The notes below the pieces were generated by a model. It did not search any database. It was given only the letters and a program-made list of their open reading frames with translations, and was not told the origin of the DNA. The position numbers and the translations under genes are program-made. From Octopus vulgaris (lineage: Eukaryota), in NCBI GenBank assembly GCA_951406725.2, contig OX597823.1:63054001-63118000 (forward strand): a stretch of 64,000 nucleotides of DNA, written 5' to 3'. Below, in pieces: positions 14,373-27,259 of this stretch. Numbering within the stretch: position 1 is the first letter of the stretch; every line of letters starts with the position of its first letter.

Positions 14373-14740
14373 CGTAAGGTGTACTAGCCATCTGAATGTG
14401 GCTAGCCATTGGGGGTGGGGTGTTACTGATGCTTTTAGCCCCAGGCGATCAACGTCACCAGATGGACTTTAGACACAATCTCAGTGCCCTTGTGTTATTT
14501 GCAAAGGGAGGTCATCCTCCCTCGAAAACCTAAGTACTACATACGGACTATAGTTTCAAGGTAATTGACTCTCGTCAACGCATGGTAAACACCGGTTTTC
14601 CATGAAGGAGACCCCTTGCAATCGCCTGGGGCTAAAAGCATCAGTAACACCCCACCCCCAGTGGCTAGCCACATTCAGATGGCTAGTACACCTTACGTTG
14701 TCGAGCGGTTACTGTTTATATCTCGTTCAGAGATTTATTA
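14373..14740 (-). mobile_element. Retrozyme-like element, diverged relative of the 359-bp unit, with 77-bp inverted arms
   Basis: Arms 14373-14449 and 14621-14697 are reverse complements with one mismatch. Colinear homology to the array unit (agccatctgaat, ggggtgttactg, tttagccccaggcga, gcaaagggaggt, gtttcaaggt). Confidence 0.85.
14540..14584 (-). ncRNA. Type I hammerhead ribozyme motif (C3U variant)
   Basis: Minus strand reads caugcg UUGACGA gag ucaauuac cuu GAAA cuauag UC cguaug. Stem I caugcg/cguaug, palindromic stem III ACUAUAGU, GUC cleavage triplet. Confidence 0.8.
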
Positions 14741-14929
14741 ATAATAAATAAAGCCTTTCGGCCAAACTCGAGACGGATGGGGAACGCCTGGAGAGAATCC
14801 TCAAATGGATATAAAAAGAATTAGTAAGAGAGGAGAAGAAGGTTGACCAGCACGCTAGGCATCCGGCGGCGAAAAGGCAGAGGATAGAAAATCAGTCACG
14901 TGTGGGCAGCAGATAAAAGGGAAGGAGGA

Positions 14930-14960
<31 letters not shown>

Positions 14961-15335
14961 ACAGGGGGAGGAGGGGAGAAAGTCTACAATTAAGTGTGAG
15001 AAGACGAGAGAGAGGGAGAGAGGAAGTAGGGATGCTGGAAAAGGAATATCAGGTCGAAAGAGAAAGAAAGAAAGAAAGATAGAGTCGCAAAAAATATATA
15101 CAAAAAAAAAATGTTAACAAAAGTCGGGATACGTGGCGTTCAGTTACTCCATAAATGAAAAATACACCAAATACTACAAAACGTACACGTAGGACAGACT
15201 CATATATTATTTATTTAAAGGTCACAATACATGTATTAAATCACTGCTAATAGTTTCATATGTTGAGAAAACTCAAATTTATTCTTCAGGCGCAAACCAG
15301 ATATAACGAACTAAAGAAATGCGAATATATATATA

Positions 15336-15697
15336 CAGGGTGATTCAAAAGTCTCCATACATAGGAAAAATTTATTTTTTATAGGAGACGGTTTTTAAGA
15401 TCCCCTAGATAGATCCCTTGATTTCTATCTTTGGGGGCATTTGAAAGGCATGGTGTATCGTGGAAAGATAAAAGACATAAATGATTTGAAGGAACGTATC
15501 ACCAACTCCTTTGCACACGTATCACCAGATGTGCAATTACGAGTTCACAATGAGTCGGGTAAACATATTGCAATGTGTATTCAAAACAATGGTAAACATA
15601 TAAAGCCCATTAAATAAAAAGAAAACTGGTCTTATAAACTGTTTCTTACAAAAACAGATAAATTGTTCCTATGTATGGCGACTTTTGAATCATTTTG
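15336..15697 (+). mobile_element. Tc1/mariner-superfamily deletion derivative
   Basis: TIRs cagggtgattcaaaagtctccatacatagg / cctatgtatggcgacttttgaatcattttg with TA flanks. The internal remnant translates PLDFYLWGHLKGMVYRGKIKDINDLKERI (transposase C-terminus). Confidence 0.8.
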
Positions 15698-16289
15698 TAT
15701 ATATATTCATACACATGAACGCACGCACAAACGTACACGCATGCGCACACACTTATGTAAGTTCATAGGTGGGAAATAAGGTGGAAAAACAGTATTCGAA
15801 TATCAAAGACAGTAAAATATAGTGTTTTTTATTGTTTGTAACATGAAAGCCTAAGTAACAAACTGTAGTTTTCAGCTTCAATACTATATCTATCTATCGA
15901 TCTTATGGCTAAGATCGAGGTCTGATATCTACTCTTAACAGTTATATATACACCAGGTCGCTCCTGAGTTCTACTGGTGACATGTAACCTAGTACAAGCT
16001 GTTGCATAGTCGGGTCATCGGCGACTAAAGTGGCAACCTCACCGAACTTGCATGGCGAGGAAGGTGATTGTTGGATACACTGCGGGACAAAAATTTAAAC
16101 CCGTCAAAGGCCGGAGGAATCTGGGAATAGTCAACGGCCATCCAACAATATATGTACATGTATATATTGTTTTTATTTTATTTTATTTCTATTTTATGTT
16201 GTTTTCTTTTATTTTATATGCTTATATATTTTATTTTATTTATATTTTAAGATTTTAAAAAAATTTTACATATTTAACTTCATATATTA

Positions 16290-19200
16290 TGGGCAACATG
16301 GGGCTCCTTAACCGTGGTGAAGGCATCCCATCTAGAAGAGAGAAACTCTGATATAAAACCAGGTCTTTGGTTGCTGAGGGTCTCCTTAACAGAGCTGTAC
16401 TATCAGCAAACTCTGACTCATAGAATAGACTAGGTTCTCCAGCTTGTTTATAGCGGCTTGTTTAGGAGATGGAAACTTCTGAAGAAAAAGCCTGAGGTGT
16501 GTTGTTCATGGTATTGTAGCATATATGTGCACCATATTCTTGCTTTCATCACTTCCAAAAATTGTGGCTGGTTCTACACAAACCTTCAATACTTAAATCA
16601 AATCATATGTGTAGATTTTTTGATGACTTACATTTATTCATTCAGTACCGCACATTTCCAGCTTGCAAAAACAAAAAGTCCTCTGTCGAGAGAGTGAAAA
16701 CAGCAGGGACAAGTAAAGGATATTACTAGAAGTCTCTTGCTGGATCTCTACACAGTCGGCGACCATTGGATGATGGCTGTTCTAGAACAGAACTTGTGAG
16801 TAACTGAGCTGTCCGGGTCCTCCAGTGTTGACAAAGCAGGTTTATTTAGATACAGCACTGCTTTCCTCAACAGGAGACGAGACGAGAAATGGAGCCCTAA
16901 ACATTGCTTACTCATTTTAAACTTGGCAGCCCGCTGCAGCTGTCTGGTTATTCAATAACGCAGTCGAAACATGAAGAAATCTAAGAATATTAACCTTGGT
17001 TCTTGGAATATGCGCCCTCTCCAAGACAATCATTCAGCACCAGAACGAAGAATAGCACTGGTTGCCAGTTAATTTTAAAAAATACAACATTATCGCGCTC
17101 AGTGAAACTCGTCTTGCAGGATCATCAAAGTGGATACGCATTTTTCTGGTCTGAAAGAAATGAGGACGAGCTGCGCCACTCCGGTGTTGGTTTCGCCATC
17201 AAATCAGAAATAACTAGATCCCTTCTTTCTCTACCTAGAGGTATTTCTGATCGCATCATGACACTAACGCTGGAACTTGATCATAACGCTCGTGCTACGC
17301 TTGTCAGTTACTATGCTCCAACCATAGTCAGCACTGGGCGGGAAAAGGATGACTCTTACAACTAACTCCGTGATGTCATCTCCAGTTGATAAACTTATTC
17401 TTAAGGGCGACATTAACGCTCGTATTGATACTGACTATCAGACTCGGGAGGGTGTACTTGGTCGCCATGGTGTTGGTCGAATGAACTCTACTAGTCTGCG
17501 TGTGCTCATCATCTGCAGGGAATTCACTCTAAGCATAACAAATACCATTTTTTCAACAGCGAAATTGTTGCAAGACGACCTGGATGTATCTTAGATCTAA
17601 GGATTGGAATCTCAAAGACTTTGTTATCACTAACAAGTGAGATATTAGGGACTTTAACATTACACGTTCCTTTCGTAACATCTGTCTCTCTGACTACAAA
17701 AGTCATCAAGTGCATAAGCGCATTAATGTTTAAAAACCGCTGAAAAGCAGGCTGAGCTTTCTATCGAGCTGGACACTGCAGTTAACACTGTTGATATCAG
17801 TGATGACATTGAATCGTCTAGGAAAGCTCTGAGTGACCTAACACATTCTGCATCCGTAGACGTTTTCGGACTTCCTGTTCGTAAGCGTCAAGATTGATTC
17901 AGTGATAACAGCGCAGATGTGCATCAATAAAATGCACAGTTCTCATAAAACGTATATCAATGATTAGAGCTCATCCTGAAAAGAGAATACTTATAAATGA
18001 AGAGGCCAGGCCCAACACGCACTGAAACAGACGAAGAAGGCTTGGGGATCTGGCAAATCTGACATCCTGAAACTATGGAAAAACTACTTCGAAGTCGTGT
18101 TGGACACCTCCTTAGTCACTAATGATTACATCATAATGTCTATTCCACAGTACTCTGAAATACCGGAATAGTCTCTGAAGCCAACATTCTTAGAAGTGGT
18201 ATACTTTATTAAACAGATCTCTTCTGGTAAAGCACCTGGCGGGGATGCTATCCCTGAAATCTACAAGCATGGTGGACAGAAGCTTTTCAAGAAATTGCAT
18301 GACCTCTTCATAAGTATTTGGAAAGTAGGCCGTGTACCACAGGACTTTCAAGATGCCTCAATTCAACATCTTTATAAGAACAAAGGAAACAGAAGTGATA
18401 TAATCATCGTGGGATATCACTTTTGTCTATTACTGGTAAGATTCTTGCTCGACACGTTCTTGATAGGATCATCAAACACGTCGTAAATGACATCTATTTA
18501 GAATCACAGTGCGGATTTTGCTCTGGTCGTGGCACTATCGATATGATATTTTCCCTTTGTCAGTTCATGTATAAGGTACACGAGAAAGGTTTGTTCATTG
18601 ACCTTACTAAGGCAGGCCTTCGTTGATCTTACTAAAGTGTTCGTTTACCTTACCTAGGCCTCTGACACTGTCAACCGGCAAGAACTTTGAAAAGTTCTGA
18701 ACAAGATGTTGAATGTTATCATTTCCCTTCATGAGGGAATGAAGGTTGCTGTCGTGTCCGGCGGGGTATCTTCGGCTTCTTCCGATGTTACAAACAGCAC
18801 AAAGCAAGGTTGTGTTATGGCCCCTGTTTTGTTTGCACTCTTCTTTCCAGTGATGCTGTTGGTATGCTTTTGATGACATACAAAGTGATGTCAAATTCCA
18901 GTTTCGAATATGCGGTGGACTATTCAATCATCAGCGTTTCTGAGCCAAAACATTGCTACCGGTATCACTCGTGATCTGCTTTTTGCAGATGATGCTGCAC
19001 TAGTAGCGACCTCCTTAGGGGAAGCTCAGGAACTTCTAGATCGGTTTTCTGCTGCATGTAAGGCCTTTAGCTTGACCATCAGCATAAAGAAGACGAAAGT
19101 TATCCACCAACTTTGCCCTACTCCTTAGCAAATTCGAGGTATCAAGCTGAGGCCACCGGTTCATGATGTACCTGACACTCCTATACATGTCGATGGGAAA

Positions 19201-20160
19201 AACCTAAAGTATATGAAGTCATTTACACATCTTTGTAGTAAAGTGAACTCGAGCACTTCCCTTGATAATGAAATCGTCAACCGTCTTGCAAAAGCAGCCA
19301 ACGCATTTGGCAAACTCCGTCATCGCCTACGAAATAAAAGGGGGCATTAAACTTGATACCAAAGAAGTTTGTCTCAGGACAATCTACAGTTATTCACTAA
19401 AAAAAAAAACAGAGTTTCTAATGCCGACTTGTTTAGCAAGTGTAAGATTGACGGAATTAAGAACTTCCTTTTTGAGAGCAATTGCACCGGGCTGGTCATG
19501 TCGCCAGAATGAGTGACGAAAGAATACTCAAAGTCCTCATGTACAGCCAGCTTGATAGTGGGCGCAGAAAAGTTGGTTGACCACGGCTCAGATATAAGGA
19601 CAACCTGAAGAGTAGCCTCTCAGCAGTCAATATATATTTCTTTACTGCTCACAAGGGGCTAAACATAGAGGGGACAAACAAGGACGATCAAAGGGATTAA
19701 GCCGATTACATCGACCCCAGTGCGAAACTGGTACTTTATTTATCGACCCCGAAAGGATGAAAGGCAAAGTCGACCTCGGCAGAATTTGAACTCAGAACGT
19801 AACGGCAGACGAAATACCGCAAAGCATTTCGCCCGGCGTGCTAACGTTTCTGCCAGCTCGCCGCCTTTCTCAGCAGTCAATATAACTTACAACACCTTTG
19901 AGCAAACAGCCTTAGGGCGAAAAAAATGGAGATCGTTGAGTCAAAATGGTGTAAGAAAGTTTGTTGCAACCAGCATTAACAGGCTTAGGGGTGGAGGGCA
20001 AAGAAGAAAAGCGGCTGCAAATATAATACCACCTGAACTGACCCGTAATCATCATACTTGCAACATCTGTGGGCTTCTTTGCTAATCGTAGGCGGGGCTT
20101 TAATGTCACATTCGACACAACCATTGCGACTGACAAAGAAAGACTAAGTTGTCAGATCTC
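16290..20160 (+). mobile_element. Near full-length, heavily decayed RTE/BovB-like LINE (APE endonuclease plus RT)
   Basis: EN motifs GSWNMR, ALSETRL, GVGFAIK, YAPT, LKGDINAR (about 16990-17600). RT motifs GKAPGGD, ESQCGF..GRGTIDMIF, FIDLTKA, LLFADDA (18196-19100). C-terminal CxxC. The 5' boundary is approximate. Confidence 0.88.
19635..19867 (-). mobile_element. tRNA-derived SINE (family B) inserted in the RTE LINE
   Basis: Head ggcggcgagctggcagaaacg and B box gagttcaaattc on the minus strand. 17-bp TSD tctcagcagtcaatata at 19618-19634 and 19868-19884. Other copies at 13020-13335, 22100-22520, 28050-28250, 56377-56597 and 58105-58334. Confidence 0.9.
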
Positions 20161-20186
20161 CATACGTCGAAGCTGACGGGAGAGTC

Positions 20187-20262
<76 letters not shown>

Positions 20263-20483
20263 GCACGCACACACATACACACACACACACTCACACACAC
20301 ACACACTCACACACACACACACACATTACGTTCAAAAATTATATAGAAGTACAAACAAACGGAAAATCCACACATAAAAAATGTCGCTAAATCCTCATCA
20401 ATTGTCCACAGGATCATAATAATTTCGTGTATTTGAACATATTATCTGATGTGAAACGCGCATGTTCCTATTTTGTAACCATT

Positions 20484-20533
<50 letters not shown>

Positions 20534-20884
20534 ATTTATCTATGTGGCATTCCAGCTAACACGTGCTTTTTATTACGTATGAATGTAATAAAATTGTTTT
20601 CGGTATGTAGAATAGTATGTCGCCCCGTTCTGTTAATGACTGCCAGTCTTAGAATAATCTGTGCTTCAATCATGAAGCTTTTTATTGTTCTTTTTTAATA
20701 CTTATTTATTTATCTATTTATTTATTTTGTTTGTTTGTTTGCAATGTGTATCAAAAGGATTGCGAAACTCTAAGAGCTACTGCCCGCAAGAATATCTTAG
20801 CTCTGACTTCTGAAGACGTTGTTTGTGCCATCACTGACTGAGCGCATGTTTTGTGTGTATGTGTGCATGTGTGTGTGTGTGTGT

Positions 20885-20941
<57 letters not shown>

Positions 20942-21089
20942 TGTGTGTGCGTGCGTGCGTATGCCATGCTATGGGTCCTTAAGTTCTAATGATATTGTGG
21001 GAGCACTGCTGTGATATACGGCGCACCACGAACATTTTTAGAGAAGGTGCGGCCCATCCCCTCCAGCTTCGACCACAAAAGATTTCTAC

Positions 21090-21126
<37 letters not shown>

Positions 21127-21266
21127 GATGCCAGTACAGAGCTGGTACTTTATTTATCGACCCTGAAAAGATGAAAAGCAAAGTTGAGCTCGCAAGAATT
21201 TGAACCCAGAGAAAAGGGACCCGGACCGATTACCACTAAGCGATATATTCAACGTCTCATGATTCT

Positions 21267-21404
21267 GCCAACTGGGAGAGATGTCTTCCTGGGGCTTGTA
21301 AACGTCTGTAGCACTGTCCCGTATAAGACGCCACACTTGGTTGGCAATGACATGTTACGATTCTGTTTTGCTACTGTTTATATCTCGCCCAGAGATTTAA
21401 TATA

Positions 21405-21410
<6 letters not shown>
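21267..21410 (+). mobile_element. 3' fragment of the retrozyme-like family
   Basis: Homologous to 22937-23078 (gagatgtcttc.tggggct, cccgtataagacg, tactgtttatatctcgcccagagattt) and ends in (TA)n. Confidence 0.7.
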
Positions 21411-21453
<43 letters not shown>

Positions 21454-21900
21454 AAAGTAAAATAGGGGTTATGGGTGTAACCCACTATGGGATAGCATTT
21501 ATCCAATATACTGAAACAGCTGTAAGAAGTGATTTTAATGACTTCATTAATTTATATTATGACTTTTATATTTTGTATTCTTATCTTATATCTTATATGT
21601 ATTGAATTATAAGATATTTTATGTATGCTATTGATGTTCTCATTTTGTTAAATGAATAAATAATCCAACATTATGATATCCGAAAGTTGATGAACAAACT
21701 AAATTTGTTTCTCCATTTTCTTATTCGTTTAAATATATTTTATATTTTATATTTCTATTTCCTTGTCTAATTATATTTACAATATATTTTGTATAATGCC
21801 TTTACTGTTATGTAATGGTGTAATAAAGTATTGATTGGGTATCATCTGTTGGTTGATGTTTGATTGATTTAAGTATGTTTCTCCATTTTCTAATTTTGTA

Positions 21901-21993
<93 letters not shown>

Positions 21994-22811
21994 TGTGTAT
22001 GTGTATATATATATATATATATGTGTATGAATGTGTGTGTGTGCGTGTGTGTGTATGTGTGTGTTTGTTTGCTTTTTTGTGTGTAAATTTGAATTTCAAA
22101 GTGGGACGAAAGTTTTACGTTCTGAACTCAAATTCCGCCGAGGTCGACTTTGTTTTTCATCCTTTAGGGAGTCGATAAAATTAAACACCAGTAAAGCACT
22201 GGGGACGATGTAATCGACTTAACCGTCACCCCTCCCCAAACCAGAAATTGCTGGCCTTGTACCAATATGTGAAACCAGTTTTTGTTGTTGCAAAGGTGGT
22301 GAACTGGTAGAATCGTTACCACGCCGGGCAAAATGCTTAGCGGCATTTCGCCCGTCTCTACGTTCTGAGTTCAAATTCCGCTGAGGTCGACTTTGCCTTT
22401 CATTCTTTTGGGGTCGATAAAATAAATACCAGTTGAGAACTGGAGTTGATGTAACCGACTTGCACGCCCCTCCCCCCACAACCGCCAATTGCTGGCCTTG
22501 TACCAAAATTTGAAATCGATATTTGTAGTCGTTTATTAAATCGAAGCTAGGGCTTCTCTCCGTTGCTACTCCGATTTTCTTCAGTTTAACAGTTTTTCGC
22601 AGCCTTTGAAATTCCTACTAATAATCTCAAAGATGAAAACCATATCTAAAAAAATCTCCATTCCAGTTTCATCTGTTTTGATTAAAAATTAATTTGCTTC
22701 TATTTTTAAATCTAAGGCAAGAAATAATAGCACCTGATCTTAGTTAACTATTTCAAAATTACTTCCATCCCATCCATCAGAATCCATACATAAGTACGTA
22801 CATTCATATAT

Positions 22812-23078
22812 GTGAGTATAAAAATTGACGGGTAACTACTCGGAAACTTGAGTCCGTGTGTATCACATAAGGCCGGAAATGGGAGCGATGACCTCTTCTC
22901 GCAAATACTAATCGGACACAGAATGTATGTCCGTAAGCCAGCTGGAAGAGATGTCTTCTTGGGGCTGTAAACCTCAGTAACACTATCCCGTATAAGACGT
23001 CACGCTTGGTTAGCAATAACAGGTTACGATTCTGCTTTGTTACTGTTTATATCTCGCCCAGAGATTTTATATAGCCTA
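22812..23078 (+). mobile_element. 5'-truncated diverged retrozyme-like copy retaining the 3' half of an HHR
   Basis: Stem II gagta...tactc, then GAAA cttgag TC cgtgtg, followed by the same ordered motifs as the 359-bp unit (atgacctc, gcaaata, ggacac..tgtcc hairpin, tggggct.taaa, cagtaac / gttactg). The CUGANGA box is missing. Confidence 0.7.
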
Positions 23079-23102
23079 TATATATATATATATATATATA
23101 TG

Positions 23103-23375
23103 TGGAGGCGCAATGGCCCAGTGGTTAGGGCAGCGGACTCGCGGTTTCGATTCCCAGACCGGGCGTTGTGAGTGTTTATTGAGCGAAAACACCCGAAAGC
23201 TCCACGAGGCACCGGCAAGGGGTGGTGATCCCTGCTGTACTCTTTCACCACTCTTTCTTCTGTTGGTCTGCTCGCTTAGCCAGCGGGGTGGCGTCATTCG
23301 AAGGCTAAAACAATGCGAACGCATTGTGACCAGCGATGTGTAACAACATCTGATGGTCTGGTCGGTCACGTGATA
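23103..23375 (+). mobile_element. tRNA-derived SINE (family C)
   Basis: ggaggcgcaatggcccagtggttagg (A box) and ggtttcgattccc (B box), flanked by (TA)n. Confidence 0.7.
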
Positions 23376-23397
23376 TAAGTATATATATATATATATA

Positions 23398-26300
23398 GCA
23401 ATAATAATTCTCTAAAAGGGATATAGACAGTAACTGCTCGATAACATAAGGGACTAAAGCCATCTGAATATGGCTAGGGACAGGGCAGGGTGGTGGGGGT
23501 GTTACTGTTGCATTTAGCCCCAGGCGAACATCGACGTCACCAGAAAGGCTCGACACCGTCACGGTGCCCTAAACCTGCAAAGGGAGGTAATTCCCCGATG
23601 AAGCGGAAACCACACACGGACCATGGTTTCAAGGTGTATTGCCTATCATCGGCGTGTGGTAGGCCTCCGCTTCCTCGACGAATTCTCACTATGCAGGATT
23701 TCTTATATAGATTTTCAAGCAAAATACATTTGCTGATTTCGAAAATCTGTTCGAAAGCAATAATAATTCTCTAAAAGGGATATAGACAGTAACTGCTCGA
23801 TAACATAAGGGACTAAAGCCATCTGAATATGGCTAGGGACAGGGCAGGGTGGTGGGGGTGTTACTGTTGCATTTAGCCCCAGGCGAACATCGACGTCACC
23901 AGAAAGGCTCGACACCGTCACGGTGCCCTAAACCTGCAAAGGGAGGTAATTCCCCGATGAAGCGGAAACCACACACGGACCATGGTTTCAAGGTGTATTG
24001 CCTATCATCGGCGTGTGGTAGGCCTCCGCTTCCTCGACGAATTCTCACTATGCAGGATTTCTTATATAGATTTTCAAGCAAAATACATTTGCTGATTTCG
24101 AAAATCTGTTCGAAAGCAATAATAATTCTCTAAAAGGGATATAGACAGTAACTGCTCGATAACATAAGGGACTAAAGCCATCTGAATATGGCTAGGGACA
24201 GGGCAGGGTGGTGGGGGTGTTACTGTTGCATTTAGCCCCAGGCGAACATCGACGTCACCAGAAAGGCTCGACACCGTCACGGTGCCCTAAACCTGCAAAG
24301 GGAGGTAATTCCCCGATGAAGCGGAAACCACACACGGACCATGGTTTCAAGGTGTATTGCCTATCATCGGCGTGTGGTAGGCCTCCGCTTCCTCGACGAA
24401 TTCTCACTATGCAGGATTTCTTATATAGATTTTCAAGCAAAATACATTTGCTGATTTCGAAAATCTGTTCGAAAGCAATAATAATTCTCTAAAAGGGATA
24501 TAGACAGTAACTGCTCGATAACATAAGGGACTAAAGCCATCTGAATATGGCTAGGGACAGGGCAGGGTGGTGGGGGTGTTACTGTTGCATTTAGCCCCAG
24601 GCGAACATCGACGTCACCAGAAAGGCTCGACACCGTCACGGTGCCCTAAACCTGCAAAGGGAGGTAATTCCCCGATGAAGCGGAAACCACACACGGACCA
24701 TGGTTTCAAGGTGTATTGCCTATCATCGGCGTGTGGTAGGCCTCCGCTTCCTCGACGAATTCTCACTATGCAGGATTTCTTATATAGATTTTCAAGCAAA
24801 ATACATTTGCTGATTTCGAAAATCTGTTCGAAAGCAATAATAATTCTCTAAAAGGGATATAGACAGTAACTGCTCGATAACATAAGGGACTAAAGCCATC
24901 TGAATATGGCTAGGGACAGGGCAGGGTGGTGGGGGTGTTACTGTTGCATTTAGCCCCAGGCGAACATCGACGTCACCAGAAAGGCTCGACACCGTCACGG
25001 TGCCCTAAACCTGCAAAGGGAGGTAATTCCCCGATGAAGCGGAAACCACACACGGACCATGGTTTCAAGGTGTATTGCCTATCATCGGCGTGTGGTAGGC
25101 CTCCGCTTCCTCGACGAATTCTCACTATGCAGGATTTCTTATATAGATTTTCAAGCAAAATACATTTGCTGATTTCGAAAATCTGTTCGAAAGCAATAAT
25201 AATTCTCTAAAAGGGATATAGACAGTAACTGCTCGATAACATAAGGGACTAAAGCCATCTGAATATGGCTAGGGACAGGGCAGGGTGGTGGGGGTGTTAC
25301 TGTTGCATTTAGCCCCAGGCGAACATCGACGTCACCAGAAAGGCTCGACACCGTCACGGTGCCCTAAACCTGCAAAGGGAGGTAATTCCCCGATGAAGCG
25401 GAAACCACACACGGACCATGGTTTCAAGGTGTATTGCCTATCATCGGCGTGTGGTAGGCCTCCGCTTCCTCGACGAATTCTCACTATGCAGGATTTCTTA
25501 TATAGATTTTCAAGCAAAATACATTTGCTGATTTCGAAAATCTGTTCGAAAGCAATAATAATTCTCTAAAAGGGATATAGACAGTAACTGCTCGATAACA
25601 TAAGGGACTAAAGCCATCTGAATATGGCTAGGGACAGGGCAGGGTGGTGGGGGTGTTACTGTTGCATTTAGCCCCAGGCGAACATCGACGTCACCAGAAA
25701 GGCTCGACACCGTCACGGTGCCCTAAACCTGCAAAGGGAGGTAATTCCCCGATGAAGCGGAAACCACACACGGACCATGGTTTCAAGGTGTATTGCCTAT
25801 CATCGGCGTGTGGTAGGCCTCCGCTTCCTCGACGAATTCTCACTATGCAGGATTTCTTATATAGATTTTCAAGCAAAATACATTTGCTGATTTCGAAAAT
25901 CTGTTCGAAAGCAATAATAATTCTCTAAAAGGGATATAGACAGTAACTGCTCGATAACATAAGGGACTAAAGCCATCTGAATATGGCTAGGGACAGGGCA
26001 GGGTGGTGGGGGTGTTACTGTTGCATTTAGCCCCAGGCGAACATCGACGTCACCAGAAAGGCTCGACACCGTCACGGTGCCCTAAACCTGCAAAGGGAGG
26101 TAATTCCCCGATGAAGCGGAAACCACACACGGACCATGGTTTCAAGGTGTATTGCCTATCATCGGCGTGTGGTAGGCCTCCGCTTCCTCGACGAATTCTC
26201 ACTATGCAGGATTTCTTATATAGATTTTCAAGCAAAATACATTTGCTGATTTCGAAAATCTGTTCGAAAGCAATAATAATTCTCTAAAAGGGATATAGAC

Positions 26301-27259
26301 AGTAACTGCTCGATAACATAAGGGACTAAAGCCATCTGAATATGGCTAGGGACAGGGCAGGGTGGTGGGGGTGTTACTGTTGCATTTAGCCCCAGGCGAA
26401 CATCGACGTCACCAGAAAGGCTCGACACCGTCACGGTGCCCTAAACCTGCAAAGGGAGGTAATTCCCCGATGAAGCGGAAACCACACACGGACCATGGTT
26501 TCAAGGTGTATTGCCTATCATCGGCGTGTGGTAGGCCTCCGCTTCCTCGACGAATTCTCACTATGCAGGATTTCTTATATAGATTTTCAAGCAAAATACA
26601 TTTGCTGATTTCGAAAATCTGTTCGAAAGCAATAATAATTCTCTAAAAGGGATATAGACAGTAACTGCTCGATAACATAAGGGACTAAAGCCATCTGAAT
26701 ATGGCTAGGGACAGGGCAGGGTGGTGGGGGTGTTACTGTTGCATTTAGCCCCAGGCGAACATCGACGTCACCAGAAAGGCTCGACACCGTCACGGTGCCC
26801 TAAACCTGCAAAGGGAGGTAATTCCCCGATGAAGCGGAAACCACACACGGACCATGGTTTCAAGGTGTATTGCCTATCATCGGCGTGTGGTAGGCCTCCG
26901 CTTCCTCGACGAATTCTCACTATGCAGGATTTCTTATATAGATTTTCAAGCAAAATACATTTGCTGATTTCGAAAATCTGTTCGAAAGCAATAATAATTC
27001 TCTAAAAGGGATATAGACAGTAACTGCTCGATAACATAAGGGACTAAAGCCATCTGAATATGGCTAGGGACAGGGCAGGGTGGTGGGGGTGTTACTGTTG
27101 CATTTAGCCCCAGGCGAACATCGACGTCACCAGAAAGGCTCGACACCGTCACGGTGCCCTAAACCTGCAAAGGGAGGTAATTCCCCGATGAAGCGGAAAC
27201 CACACACGGACCATGGTTTCAAGGTGTATTGCCTATCATCGGCGTGTGGTAGGCCTCCG
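23398..27259 (-). repeat. Tandem array of 359-bp HHR-bearing units (10 complete plus 272 bp)
   Basis: Units start at 23398, 23757, 24116 ... 26988. The ORF track repeats identical translations every 359 bp. The left flank is (TA)n. Confidence 0.97.
23613..23658 (-). ncRNA. Type I hammerhead ribozyme motif, repeated every 359 bp (11 copies, last at 27203-27248)
   Basis: Minus strand reads cacacg CCGAUGA u agg caauaca ccu u GAAA ccaugg UC cgugug. 6-bp stem I, palindromic stem III ACCAUGGU, GUC triplet, U4C core variant. Confidence 0.85.

Larger units (their letters stand above)
14077..15198. repeat. About 85-bp direct repeats (14077-14161 and 15112-15198) bracketing about 950 bp
   Basis: tgttaacaa..gtcgggat(g/a)cgtggcgttcagttactccataaatgaaaaat...acgtacacgtaggacaga occurs twice with few mismatches. 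Confidence 0.85.

Noticed and set aside
15855-15945. Hammerhead-like layout on the minus strand (GAAA-acuacagu-UU-guua)
   Set aside because: No recognisable CUGANGA box, so too degenerate to call.
15950-16150. HDV-like ribozyme upstream of the RTE LINE
   Set aside because: Hairpins are present but I could not assign the nested double pseudoknot.
23595-23632. Second hammerhead on the plus strand of the unit (ccgatga agcg gaaa cca...tggtt)
   Set aside because: No stem II and no stem I pairing after the putative cleavage site. It is a by-product of the rod's self-complementarity.
23398-27259. CRISPR-like array
   Set aside because: Units are identical over their whole length with no unique spacers, no cas genes are present, and the context is eukaryotic.
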